DNA from: an uncultured Ruminococcus sp. | GTDB lineage: Bacteria > Bacillota > Clostridia > Oscillospirales > CAG-272 | DNA length: 58,627 nucleotides | Reading direction: 5' to 3' | Assembly (NCBI GenBank): GCA_964644445.1 | Contig: CAZXVF010000002.1 | Coordinates: forward strand, 1-58,627 | Part shown: one piece after another, positions 36,577-45,686 of the stretch | Position numbering within the stretch: the first letter of the stretch is position 1 | How the letters are laid out: each line of letters opens with the position of its first letter | The notes under the pieces: generated by a model | What the model was told of the DNA's origin: nothing | Databases searched by the model: none | Seen by the model: the letters and a program-made list of their open reading frames with translations, nothing else | Translations under genes and position numbers: made by a program

Positions 36577-37611
36577 ATGAAAATTTTGCTTGGAATAAGC
36601 GGAGGCGTTGACAGTGCGTATGCCGCATTGAAGATGAAAAACGATGGGCACGAGGTCGAAACGGCAGTCGTGAAAATGCACGAATTTACGGAAATAAGCG
36701 CCGCCGAGGAGGTAGCACGAAGCATAAACGTTCCGCTTCACGTAATAGACGCCACCGAGAGCTTTAATAAGCTGATAAAGGAAAATTTCGCATCCGAGTA
36801 CGTAAAGGGAAGAACGCCTAATCCGTGTATAATATGTAATCCCGAGGTTAAGTTTAAGTCGCTTTACGATTATGCGATCTCTCACGGATTTGATATGATA
36901 GGCACCGGACATTATGCGAAAATAATAAAATACGATAACGGAAACGAGATCAGGTATACTCTTGCATCTCCGAATGACGGGAGCAAGGATCAAACCTATA
37001 TGCTGTACCGCCTGCCGCAGAGCATACTGTCAAAAACCATTTTTCCCCTTGCCGATACCGAAAAGCACGAGGTAAGAAAAATGACCGCGGAGGCGAAAAT
37101 GGATGTTGCCGAAAAGAGTGACAGTCAGGAGATATGCTTCCTTCCCGACGGTAATTACGCCGAGTTCGTTGAGAGCAAATACGGAAAATGCGAAAAGGGA
37201 AGCTTTATAGACGACGATGGTAACGTGATAGGCGAGCACAAGGGCATTATTCGCTATACCGTCGGACAGCGTAAGGGGCTCGGAATTTCGCTAGGTGCAC
37301 GCGCCTTCGTAACGGAAATAGATCCTATTAAAAATACGGTCAGACTCTCAAAGACGCCGAAAAAGTCGAGCGAAGTGCGCATAACGGACATCGTATATAC
37401 GGGACTTTCCGAGCCCTTGTTAGACGTGACCTTAAGTGCCTTGGTTAAGCCGCGATACACCGCAAAGAAGGTGTCGGCAACGGTGACCTTCCATACAGAC
37501 GCAACGGCTGACGTCGTATTCTCCGAGCCTACTACGGCTGCCGCAGGACAGTCCTTGACCGTGTATAACGAAGACGGTATACTCTTGGCAGGCGGCTTCA
37601 TCGACCGTTGA
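36577..37611 (+). CDS. mnmA: tRNA 2-thiouridine(34) synthase MnmA
   Basis: PP-loop GISGGVDS, NPCIICN, GTGHYA and KDQTYML motifs. Confidence 0.9.
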   Translation: MKILLGISGGVDSAYAALKMKNDGHEVETAVVKMHEFTEISAAEEVARSINVPLHVIDATESFNKLIKENFASEYVKGRTPNPCIICNPEVKFKSLYDYAISHGFDMIGTGHYAKIIKYDNGNEIRYTLASPNDGSKDQTYMLYRLPQSILSKTIFPLADTEKHEVRKMTAEAKMDVAEKSDSQEICFLPDGNYAEFVESKYGKCEKGSFIDDDGNVIGEHKGIIRYTVGQRKGLGISLGARAFVTEIDPIKNTVRLSKTPKKSSEVRITDIVYTGLSEPLLDVTLSALVKPRYTAKKVSATVTFHTDATADVVFSEPTTAAAGQSLTVYNEDGILLAGGFIDR

Positions 37612-37675
37612 CGGGAAGTAATCATAGAGGCATACTGCCTTACGAAAACTAAATTATTTTATAAACGCCAAATTA

Positions 37676-37722
37676 GCAAAAAGCGGAAGCAGCCTTTTTT
37701 AGCCCTTCCGCTATTATTTTTT
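37676..37722. terminator. Bidirectional terminator between mnmA and the 3' end of the aromatic operon
   Basis: agcggaag (37682..37689) pairs with cttccgct (37705..37712). An A-run lies upstream and ATTATTTTTT lies downstream. Confidence 0.7.
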
Positions 37723-37804
37723 GCAAACAATTATTTACATATATTGACGAAAACTACCTTTTGCGAGTAAATCCGAAAAAACTTATCAAGAGCTTTGTTT
37801 CGTC

Positions 37805-38836
37805 TTATAACAGATCTGCAATGTCAAGAACCAGTCTTTCCGTCTTTTCCCAGCCTAGGCAGGGATCAGTGATGGACTTTCCGTATATCTCGCAATCGCC
37901 GATGCTCTGCGCACCGTCCTCGATATAGCTTTCTATCATCAAGCCCTTGACCGTTTTGGCAATATCGCTCGAATGACGCCTTGAGTGGAGCACTTCTTTG
38001 GCAATTCTGATCTGCTCAAGATATTTTTTTGCGGAGTTAGAATGGTTCGTATCCACGATTACCGCGGGATTTGCGAGTCCGGACGATGAGTAGGTTTCGA
38101 ACACACGGTAAAGGTCCTCGTAATGATAGTTGGGATGTGCTATTCCGTGCTTGTCGACGTATCCGCGCAAAATTGCGTGTGCATAAGGATTTCCGTCGCT
38201 CTTGACCTCCCAGCTTCTGTAAAGGAAAACGTGCGAGGATTGCGCCGCCTTAATGGAATTCATCATTACCGTAAGATCACCGCTCGTGGGGTTTTTCATA
38301 CCTACGGGAAGATCAAGTCCGGAGGCTGTTAACCTGTGCTGTTGATTTTCCACCGAGCGTGCACCGACGGCAACGTAACCGATAACGTCCGAGAGATATC
38401 TGTGATTTTCGGGGTAGAGCATTTCGTCAGCACACGCAAATCCTGTTTCCGCAAGTGCTCTCATATGAAGCTTTCTTATAGCTATCAATCCGTTAAGCAG
38501 ATCCGGCTTTTCGTGCGGGTTCGGTTGATGGAGCATTCCCTTATAGCCCTCACCGGTGGTTCTCGGCTTGTTCGTATAAATTCGCGGTACGATGAAGATC
38601 TTATCCGCAACCTTGTCTTGAAGTCCCCTCAAACGGTAAACGTAATCTATGACCGAGTCTTCCTTGTCGGCAGAGCAGGGACCTATAACGAGCATAAATT
38701 TATCCGACCTGCCGGCTAAAATATCCTTCATCTCCGATATATAATTCTCTCTTACTCGAGTCATTTCCTCGGTAACCGGCAGCTGTTCCTTTATATCCTT
38801 CGGAATAGGCAGCTTCCTGAAAAATTCCATTGACAT
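37805..38836 (-). CDS. 3-deoxy-7-phosphoheptulonate (DAHP) synthase, AroF/G/H-like class I-alpha
   Basis: LVIGPCSADKED resembles remembered E. coli AroG VVIGPCSIHD. The start is set at ATG 38836 (AAGGAAG RBS). The ORF-track GTG start is at 38845. Confidence 0.85.
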   Translation of the reverse strand: MSMEFFRKLPIPKDIKEQLPVTEEMTRVRENYISEMKDILAGRSDKFMLVIGPCSADKEDSVIDYVYRLRGLQDKVADKIFIVPRIYTNKPRTTGEGYKGMLHQPNPHEKPDLLNGLIAIRKLHMRALAETGFACADEMLYPENHRYLSDVIGYVAVGARSVENQQHRLTASGLDLPVGMKNPTSGDLTVMMNSIKAAQSSHVFLYRSWEVKSDGNPYAHAILRGYVDKHGIAHPNYHYEDLYRVFETYSSSGLANPAVIVDTNHSNSAKKYLEQIRIAKEVLHSRRHSSDIAKTVKGLMIESYIEDGAQSIGDCEIYGKSITDPCLGWEKTERLVLDIADLL

Positions 38837-38860
38837 ATTTATCACTTCCTTGTGTTTTAG

Positions 38861-38892
38861 ATCGGCAGACGCGTTTGCGCATAAATGCCGAT
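38861..38892. other. Stem-loop in the tyrA to DAHP-synthase intergenic region
   Basis: atcggca (38861..38867) pairs with tgccgat (38886..38892). A T-run (38893..38901) follows only in the plus-strand (antisense) orientation. Confidence 0.45.
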
Positions 38893-38976
38893 TTTGTTTT
38901 TAAGTATAGATTTTGACCGTCGGATGCAAGCTTTCGTGCCTCTCGATAATAAGGGCTGCTTGTGATCCGTTTTTTG

Positions 38977-39840
38977 TTATTGCTTCGGCTTATCGAAAAG
39001 CATGCGCCTTGCGGTGGATTTTTGCATTTTTTCTCTCATAGCGTTTGCATCGCCGCTTTCTATCATATTACGAAAATCTGTGAAATCTGAAATGAAAGCG
39101 TCCATTTGCTTAAGCAATGCCTCCTTGTTCATAAGGAAAAGCTCCGTCCACATTCTGTCGTTTATCTTAGCAATTCTCGTAAGATCTCTGAACGAGTCTC
39201 CCGTGTAAACCTCTAAGCCCTCCGAATCGTTACAGGTCATAAGCGACACCGCGATGCAGTGAGTCAGCTGAGAGAGAAATGCTATCATCTCGTCATGCTC
39301 TTGAGGGGAAAGAAGAGATATCCGCCCGAACCCCAGAGTGATTCCGATCTGTCTGCAAAGCTCTATTGCCTCAGTGCTGTTTTTCTCGGTCGGCACTATG
39401 ATATAATTTGCTCCGATAAATACGTCGGGATCGCTGTGGCGAACTCCACTCAGCTCTCGTCCCGCCATAGGATGCGCGGAAATAAATTCGACGTCATCTC
39501 GCAAAAAACTCTGTATTTTGTAAACTACAGTTGACTTTACGCCCGAAACGTCGGTGATTATTGCACCGTTTTTAAATAAATGCTGATAGGATTTTACCCA
39601 TTTCACGAACGCATCGGGATAAATAGCGAAGATGATAATATCTGCATTACTAACCGTGCTTTCGGAAACCTCCGTGCTTCCTTGATATATCATGTTCCTT
39701 TTGAGAGCGTAGTCTATATCCTCCGCGTTTTCGGTAATACACGATACGCGATAGCCCTTCCTCGTCAATCCCGCCGCATAACCGCCGCCGATCACTCCGA
39801 GTCCGACTATAAGTATGTTTTTAGATTTATCAAAGGTCAT
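38977..39840 (-). CDS. tyrA: Prephenate dehydrogenase
   Basis: Rossmann IVGLGVIGGG and the HPMAG motif. Confidence 0.85.
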   Translation of the reverse strand: MTFDKSKNILIVGLGVIGGGYAAGLTRKGYRVSCITENAEDIDYALKRNMIYQGSTEVSESTVSNADIIIFAIYPDAFVKWVKSYQHLFKNGAIITDVSGVKSTVVYKIQSFLRDDVEFISAHPMAGRELSGVRHSDPDVFIGANYIIVPTEKNSTEAIELCRQIGITLGFGRISLLSPQEHDEMIAFLSQLTHCIAVSLMTCNDSEGLEVYTGDSFRDLTRIAKINDRMWTELFLMNKEALLKQMDAFISDFTDFRNMIESGDANAMREKMQKSTARRMLFDKPKQ

Positions 39841-39845
39841 ATTCG

Positions 39846-41057
39846 TTATTCCTCAAAATTGATTTTTGCGCCGAGTCCGCGCATTACGTCGAAAAAGTCG
39901 GGGTAGCTTTTTCTGACAGCCTCTGCGCCGCGTATCTCACCGCCGAGCAGGCTCAAAAGAACCGCGAGCGACATAACAATTCGATGATCGTTGTGACCGT
40001 CAAGCACGGTATCGCTCGTGTGTAGATTGCCTCCGAGCACCGTAACGCAATCCTCCTCTGTTAAAACCTGCGCTCCCAGCTTTTCAAGCTCGGATTTCAT
40101 AGCCGAAATTCTGTCGCTTTCCTTCATCCGCAGTCTTGCCGTCCCGATAAACCTCGCACCGCCGTAGTACGCCGCCATAGCGAAAAGTATCGGTCCGAGA
40201 TCCGGACAGTCGGAAACGTCAATGCAGGTAAAGCCATTTTTGACGGCGTCTAGGTATTCGCGGCATACGGCGTCCCCCTGCAGAGTTTCGCTTGGTATTC
40301 CCTCGACCGTAACGTTCTTGTGAAGCATAGACAGAGCAAGTAAAAAGGCTCCTCCCGAAAAGTCTCCCTCCACCTCTGCGGTGCAGGGCAGATATTCCTG
40401 ACCGCCGCGAACGTCTATCGTGAGAGGATCGGATCTTCCTATATCGATCCCGAATTTTTTCAGTGTATCAACAGTCATATTCACGTATGGCTTGCTTTCA
40501 AAGGGCGGCTCAATGATTATTCTCGAATCTCCCTCAAGGCAGGGAAGAGCAAATAGAAGTCCGCTGATAAACTGACTGCTTACGTTACCGCAAAGCTCAA
40601 ATTCACCCGCTTTCAGCTTACCGCCGATGCGTAACGAACCCTCGGATGCCTCAAAGAGTAATCCCTGCTTCTTCGCGATCCTGTCGTATACCGAAAGCGG
40701 GCGTTTGAACAGTGTATTACTTCCGCAAAATACCGCGTTTCGGTTACAAAGATAAGCTATCGGAATAAGGAATCTTAGGGTACTGCCGCTTTCCCTGACG
40801 TTAAGCTGCTCTGATATTTTTGCCTTTCTAGGATCTGCTCCGCGTATCAGCAATCCGTCCGTCGTCCGTCTTATATCAGCCCCGAGTGAGCGCATACAGT
40901 CGACCGTGGCGGCAACGTCGTCGCATTTGCTGACGTTTTTTATGTGGCTTTCTCCCGTTGCTAGTGAGGCAGCTATGATCTTTCTGTGCGAATCGCTTTT
41001 TGACGGCGGGAATTTCGCCGTGCCCGAGAGCTGCGTCGGTTTGATTTGAACAATCAT
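39846..41057 (-). CDS. aroA: 3-phosphoshikimate 1-carboxyvinyltransferase (EPSP synthase)
   Basis: 403 aa with PPSKSDSHR, GNVSSQFISGLLFALP and DHRIVMSLAV motifs. AGGAGG RBS. Confidence 0.9.
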   Translation of the reverse strand: MIVQIKPTQLSGTAKFPPSKSDSHRKIIAASLATGESHIKNVSKCDDVAATVDCMRSLGADIRRTTDGLLIRGADPRKAKISEQLNVRESGSTLRFLIPIAYLCNRNAVFCGSNTLFKRPLSVYDRIAKKQGLLFEASEGSLRIGGKLKAGEFELCGNVSSQFISGLLFALPCLEGDSRIIIEPPFESKPYVNMTVDTLKKFGIDIGRSDPLTIDVRGGQEYLPCTAEVEGDFSGGAFLLALSMLHKNVTVEGIPSETLQGDAVCREYLDAVKNGFTCIDVSDCPDLGPILFAMAAYYGGARFIGTARLRMKESDRISAMKSELEKLGAQVLTEEDCVTVLGGNLHTSDTVLDGHNDHRIVMSLAVLLSLLGGEIRGAEAVRKSYPDFFDVMRGLGAKINFEE

Positions 41058-41129
41058 AATATTTGCCTCCTTTTTCGACCGTGATGTTTATTTTGTTATA
41101 TTTTTCGTCGTATTTTCGCGAATTTCACA

Positions 41130-41573
41130 CTATACTTTTCCGCTTTTAATAAATTCCGCCAAGACGTCGACAGCAGTGCAATATCCGCAAAGCCCCTCGC
41201 CCGAAATCGTCTTGATAACGGCTTCTCTTACATAGCTTATCCGTCGGTATTCCTCGCGCTCGTCTACCCTCGAAATATGTACCTCTACCGTGGGAAGCCC
41301 TACCGACTTGACGGCGTCAAGAATAGCAATGCTGGTGTGAGTGTAAGCGGCAGGATTTATAACTATTCCGTCAGCCCCCTCGAAGTATGCCTCCTGTATT
41401 TTATCCACAAGATCTCCCTCGTGATTCGATTGGTAAAATATCGGAGAGATTTCCAGCGCATCGCAATGCTCGCTTACAAGCTTGCAAAGCTCGGTATAGC
41501 TGTCCTTACCGTAAATATCGGGTTCCCTGATACCGAGCATATTGATGTTCGGCCCGTTAATTATATATATCTT
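41130..41573 (-). CDS. aroQ: Type II 3-dehydroquinate dehydratase
   Basis: The start is set at MKIYIINGPNINMLGIREPDIYG (GAAGGTGA RBS). Also INPAAYTHTS. Confidence 0.9.
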   Translation of the reverse strand, partial: KIYIINGPNINMLGIREPDIYGKDSYTELCKLVSEHCDALEISPIFYQSNHEGDLVDKIQEAYFEGADGIVINPAAYTHTSIAILDAVKSVGLPTVEVHISRVDEREEYRRISYVREAVIKTISGEGLCGYCTAVDVLAEFIKSGKV

Positions 41574-41596
41574 CATATTCGTCACCTTCACCTTGC

Positions 41597-42835
41597 CTAT
41601 GAATAGTAATCCGCAAGTATTTTTTCCGCAACCGTCGGAGCGCTTGCCGAGGCGTCAATACGTACGTCGCAAACAGACGTATATATTCCGTATCTCTCAT
41701 TGTAGCGTTTCTCGATATCAGCCGTGCTGCTTGCCAGCGGTCTCGTCGACGTCGGTGTTAGCTGTGAGAGCGGTCTGTCGATAAAATACAGTCTTCCGTT
41801 TCTCTTAAGGCGGTCGATTGATTCCGTGCGAAGAACCGTGCCTCCGCCCGTTGCAATCACTATTCCGGATTCACTCGATACCTCGCGTATCACTTCCGCC
41901 TCCACGTCGCGAAAATATTTTTCACCCTCCTCGGCAAATATCTGCGATATGCTTTTTCCGAGCCTTGCTTCTATTACCTTGTCCGTATCGACGAGTCGTT
42001 TGCCAGTCGTTTTTTCAAGGAGCCTTCCGACTCTGCTTTTTCCGGAGGCAGGCATTCCGATAAGAACGATATTTTCCTTTTCTCTGGTAATTCGCCGCAT
42101 TATCCTTTGCGCAGTTTTGTCGTCGTATTGGCATCCCGTAAAAAGCTCCGAGGCACGCAGAGCCTGCATTACCAGCATGAATAGTCCTCCCTCGGCGCGT
42201 ATCCTTCTTTTTTTCGCGTCCACTATCAGCGACGTTCGCAGAGGATTATATACCGCATCGATAACTCCCGAAATGTTCGGAAGCATATCAAGGTCAACGG
42301 GAACGCCGTCACAGCTCGGATACGTTCCGACGGGCGTGGTATTAATGATTATATCTGCATCGAAGTGCTTGGCGTACAGCTCGCCGTAGGTTACGGCACC
42401 GCCGGCACCGCTTCTTGAGACCTTGATAATTTCTCTTGCGCCGAGATGATTTGCAACCGCGTGTGCGGTTTTCGACGTTCCGCCCGTCCCTAGTATCAAT
42501 ACCTTTTTTCCTTCGAGAGAAATCCTCGCCCGTTCGATGAGCTTAATCATTCCGAAGTAATCCGTATTGTATCCCACAAGGCTACTACCGTCGTTTACGA
42601 TCGTGTTCACGGCGCCTATTTCTGCCGCCGCGGTGTCGAGACGGTCGAGATACGGTATTACCGCCTCTTTGTAGGGAATGGTTACGTTCAATCCCGAAAA
42701 ATCTCGCCTTCCAATAAACTCCGATAGCTCTTCGGGAGGAATTTCGATCAGCTCGTACGAGTATTTGCCAAGGGATTCGTGTATTTCCTTTGAGAAGCTG
42801 TGAGACAGTCTTTCTCCTAACAGTCCGTATTGCAT
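41597..42835 (-). CDS. aroE/aroK: Fused shikimate dehydrogenase (N-terminal) and shikimate kinase (C-terminal)
   Basis: AroE motifs SHSFSKEIH, NVTIPYK and GYNTDY, with Rossmann GTGGTSK. A P-loop GMPASGKS follows (codons near 42058..42035) with a kinase-like C-terminus. The start is set at MQYGLLGE (GGGAGG RBS). Confidence 0.85.
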   Translation of the reverse strand: MQYGLLGERLSHSFSKEIHESLGKYSYELIEIPPEELSEFIGRRDFSGLNVTIPYKEAVIPYLDRLDTAAAEIGAVNTIVNDGSSLVGYNTDYFGMIKLIERARISLEGKKVLILGTGGTSKTAHAVANHLGAREIIKVSRSGAGGAVTYGELYAKHFDADIIINTTPVGTYPSCDGVPVDLDMLPNISGVIDAVYNPLRTSLIVDAKKRRIRAEGGLFMLVMQALRASELFTGCQYDDKTAQRIMRRITREKENIVLIGMPASGKSRVGRLLEKTTGKRLVDTDKVIEARLGKSISQIFAEEGEKYFRDVEAEVIREVSSESGIVIATGGGTVLRTESIDRLKRNGRLYFIDRPLSQLTPTSTRPLASSTADIEKRYNERYGIYTSVCDVRIDASASAPTVAEKILADYYS

Positions 42836-43033
42836 TGTAACCTCCCGTCCGTGTAAAGTAGATTCTAACGTTGCATTTCTTAAAAATCGGTATGATTTTT
42901 CGCTATGCAAATTTTCCGTTTTTATATGCGGCACTTGACCGATGAAAAATGTTTATTAAGAATAGAACTTTGATTGTATTAGGCAAGAAATGCCGAAAAA
43001 TGTAAATAACTATTTGCAAAAAGCACGCAAATG

Positions 43034-44125
43034 TCAGTCTAGAAAGTAATCACATCCGTATCGTCCGATTAAAAGATCGGCAATTACCAAAGCGACCGCA
43101 GCTGTAATAACGGGAGCGGCTCTGTGAACGATCATGGCGTCGTGCCTTCCGTCAATTTTAATTTTACATTCCTCGCCTTTTTCGATATCGACCGTGCATT
43201 GCTCCTTGCCGATAGACGGCGTCGGCTTGATAGCCGTCCTGAAAACGATAGGCATACCGTTTGTTATTCCGCCGTTTATACCGCCGTTATTGTTCGTGTC
43301 CGTGAGTATCTTGCCGTTACGGATAACGAAGGGATCGTTGACCTCGCTTCCGCGTGCACCTCCGAAATCAAATCCCAGTCCGAATTCAATACCCTTTACC
43401 GCAGGAACCGAAAATACCGCGTGTGCTATAAGTCCCTCGACCGTGTCAAACCAAGGCTCACCGACTCCCGCAGGAATTCCCGTGACCGCGCTTTCAAGCA
43501 CGCCGCCGACGCTGTCTCCCTCGTCTCGCACCTTTTTCGCAAGCTCGATCATTCGTTCGCCCGCAGTTTCCGAGAGAGTGGGGAACTGTCTTTCGTTCAG
43601 AACGCGTAAATCCTCCTCAAAATTTTGGAATTCACTGTCTCGAACGTCTCCTAACGAGTGTATATGCGTGCCGATTCTTATGCCCTTTTTTTCAAGCATC
43701 GGGATAATTATACCTCCGGCAGCAACGAGCGCAGCGGTTATTCTCCCCGAGAAGTGACCTCCTCCGCGATGATCCTCGAACCCGTGATACTTTATTTCGG
43801 CTGTGTAATCTGCGTGCGACGGTCTGGGCTTTCGCATAACGTCACCGTAGTCGGAGCTCTTTGTGTTTTCATTCGGAATTATCAGCGTCAGCGGCGTTCC
43901 CGTCGTCATGCCATTGTATTCACCGCTGACGATCTTGTAGTCGTCTCTTTCGATTCTCGGTGTCGACGCGGCAGTACTCGGACGTCTCCGCCTCAGCGCA
44001 TCCTCGATTCTTTCTCGATCAATTCTTATCCCGGGCGTAATTCCGTCCAGAACGAAGCCGATATATTCTCCGTGACTCTCGCCGAATACGGTAAGAGTTA
44101 AATTGCTTCCAAACGTGTTCTTCAT
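43034..44125 (-). CDS. aroC: Chorismate synthase
   Basis: 363 aa with FGESHG, RPSHADY and GGGHFSGR motifs. The start overlaps the aroB stop (TAATG). Confidence 0.95.
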   Translation of the reverse strand: MKNTFGSNLTLTVFGESHGEYIGFVLDGITPGIRIDRERIEDALRRRRPSTAASTPRIERDDYKIVSGEYNGMTTGTPLTLIIPNENTKSSDYGDVMRKPRPSHADYTAEIKYHGFEDHRGGGHFSGRITAALVAAGGIIIPMLEKKGIRIGTHIHSLGDVRDSEFQNFEEDLRVLNERQFPTLSETAGERMIELAKKVRDEGDSVGGVLESAVTGIPAGVGEPWFDTVEGLIAHAVFSVPAVKGIEFGLGFDFGGARGSEVNDPFVIRNGKILTDTNNNGGINGGITNGMPIVFRTAIKPTPSIGKEQCTVDIEKGEECKIKIDGRHDAMIVHRAAPVITAAVALVIADLLIGRYGCDYFLD

Positions 44126-45276
44126 TAATGATCCTCCGTGCCCTCGGTTACGAGCGAGATAAAATCGCTTATAGGCATTCGTGCAATACGTCCGTTTCCT
44201 ATCTCGTCTACTATTATAGCGTCAATATAAGTGCCGTCTCTCTTTTTGTCCTCTGATATATATTTGACTGCCTCGGATATATCAACGTCAGCGGAAATGG
44301 GAAGCCCGAACCTTTTCAGAATATCTCCGAGCCTGTATCGGACGCTTCCTTTCGTGACCGCCATCATTCCGATAGCAACGCACTCTCCGTGATTGTATCG
44401 CTTCATAGACGTTGCCGCCTCAACCGCATGTCCGAACGTGTGTCCGAAATTAAGTATTTTTCTGTAACCGCCCTCGCGCTCGTCGGATTCGACGACGGAT
44501 TTTTTGATTTTCAAAGCGGAAAGTATTACGTCCTCGATATCTATTTTCCGTGTCGTTTTGTGCGTTTGATATTCGTTACTTTTTTTCGCTTTATCTACGA
44601 TTTTCGCAGCGCGGTTTTTTTCTCCGTCCGCATCGTACCCTTCCGACGATTCGTCGCCTGAACCGTATAAGCATTCTATATCGGAATTTTCCAGTAATGA
44701 AAAAAGCTCTGCGTCGGAGGTTGCCGCCATCTTGATTATCTCCGCCATTCCTCCGGCAAATTCTCGCCTCGGCAGAGTGGAAAGAACGTCCTTATCGATA
44801 AGCACGCCTCGCGGCTGATAAAACGCTCCTATCACGTTTTTAACTCCGCCGTGATTTACAGCCGTCTTTCCGCCGACGGATGAATCAACCATAGACAGCA
44901 GGGTAGTGGGAACGTTGTAAAAATCAATTCCTCGCATAAACGTCGCCGCGGCAAAGCCCGCAAGATCGCCGACGACACCGCCTCCGCAGGCAATGCAAAC
45001 GTCGCCCCGACCTATGCCCGCCTCGAGCATCTCGGAGCAAACCTTCGAAAATACCGAAAGGCTCTTTGAGCCCTCACCCGACGGCACCGTAAAAACTCGA
45101 GCGTCGGAAAAGCCCTCTGCAATATCCTTTGCATACCGTGACGGAACACCGCTGTCGGTGAGTATGAAAGCCTTTCTGTCGGTAATACCGAATATCTCGG
45201 CCGCTCGCTTTATCGATCCGCCTTCAATGTATATATCATAGCTTCTTTCGTCGAAATCAATTCTTAAAAGTTTCAT
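44125..45276 (-). CDS. aroB: 3-dehydroquinate synthase, with an internal charged insertion
   Basis: GGGVVGDLAGFAAATFMRGI, VDSSVGGKTAVN and LNFGHTFGHAVE motifs. Extra charged residues lie at about 204..244. Confidence 0.9.
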   Translation of the reverse strand: MKLLRIDFDERSYDIYIEGGSIKRAAEIFGITDRKAFILTDSGVPSRYAKDIAEGFSDARVFTVPSGEGSKSLSVFSKVCSEMLEAGIGRGDVCIACGGGVVGDLAGFAAATFMRGIDFYNVPTTLLSMVDSSVGGKTAVNHGGVKNVIGAFYQPRGVLIDKDVLSTLPRREFAGGMAEIIKMAATSDAELFSLLENSDIECLYGSGDESSEGYDADGEKNRAAKIVDKAKKSNEYQTHKTTRKIDIEDVILSALKIKKSVVESDEREGGYRKILNFGHTFGHAVEAATSMKRYNHGECVAIGMMAVTKGSVRYRLGDILKRFGLPISADVDISEAVKYISEDKKRDGTYIDAIIVDEIGNGRIARMPISDFISLVTEGTEDH

Positions 45277-45377
45277 ATCGTCCGCCTAAATATCGTTTTT
45301 TGTAAACAATTATTGTCGAAATTTGATTAAAAATCGCTATTTTGGAAGTATTACGCTTCCGGTCTTGAAACGAAAAA

Positions 45378-45686
45378 TCACTGATCTGCGTTTTCGCTTA
45401 TGCTTTTTTGATAAGCCTTTGACACCTTGATCGCTGCCTTGAGAAAATCAACGTAGTATTCGCGCACCTCGTCGTTTACGAGCGAGGAATTGGCTTCGAT
45501 CATACGCTTTTCTCTTTCCTCGTCCGTTATTGAAATACCGTGCTCAAGCTTGTATTCCGCAATATCACGCACGCATTCCATTCTCTTGACGAAAAGATTT
45601 GCCATCTCGCCGTCTATCTCGTTTATCCGCAGCCTTGCCGTCTCCATTTTGTTACGGCAGTCGTCACGTGTATTTATATCTTTCAT
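45378..45686 (-). CDS. Chorismate mutase (AroQ class, monofunctional)
   Basis: 102 aa. LRINEIDGEMANLFVKRMECVRDIAEYK is typical of the helical CM type. The ATG overlaps the upstream stop (ATGA). Confidence 0.8.
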   Translation of the reverse strand: MKDINTRDDCRNKMETARLRINEIDGEMANLFVKRMECVRDIAEYKLEHGISITDEEREKRMIEANSSLVNDEVREYYVDFLKAAIKVSKAYQKSISENADQ

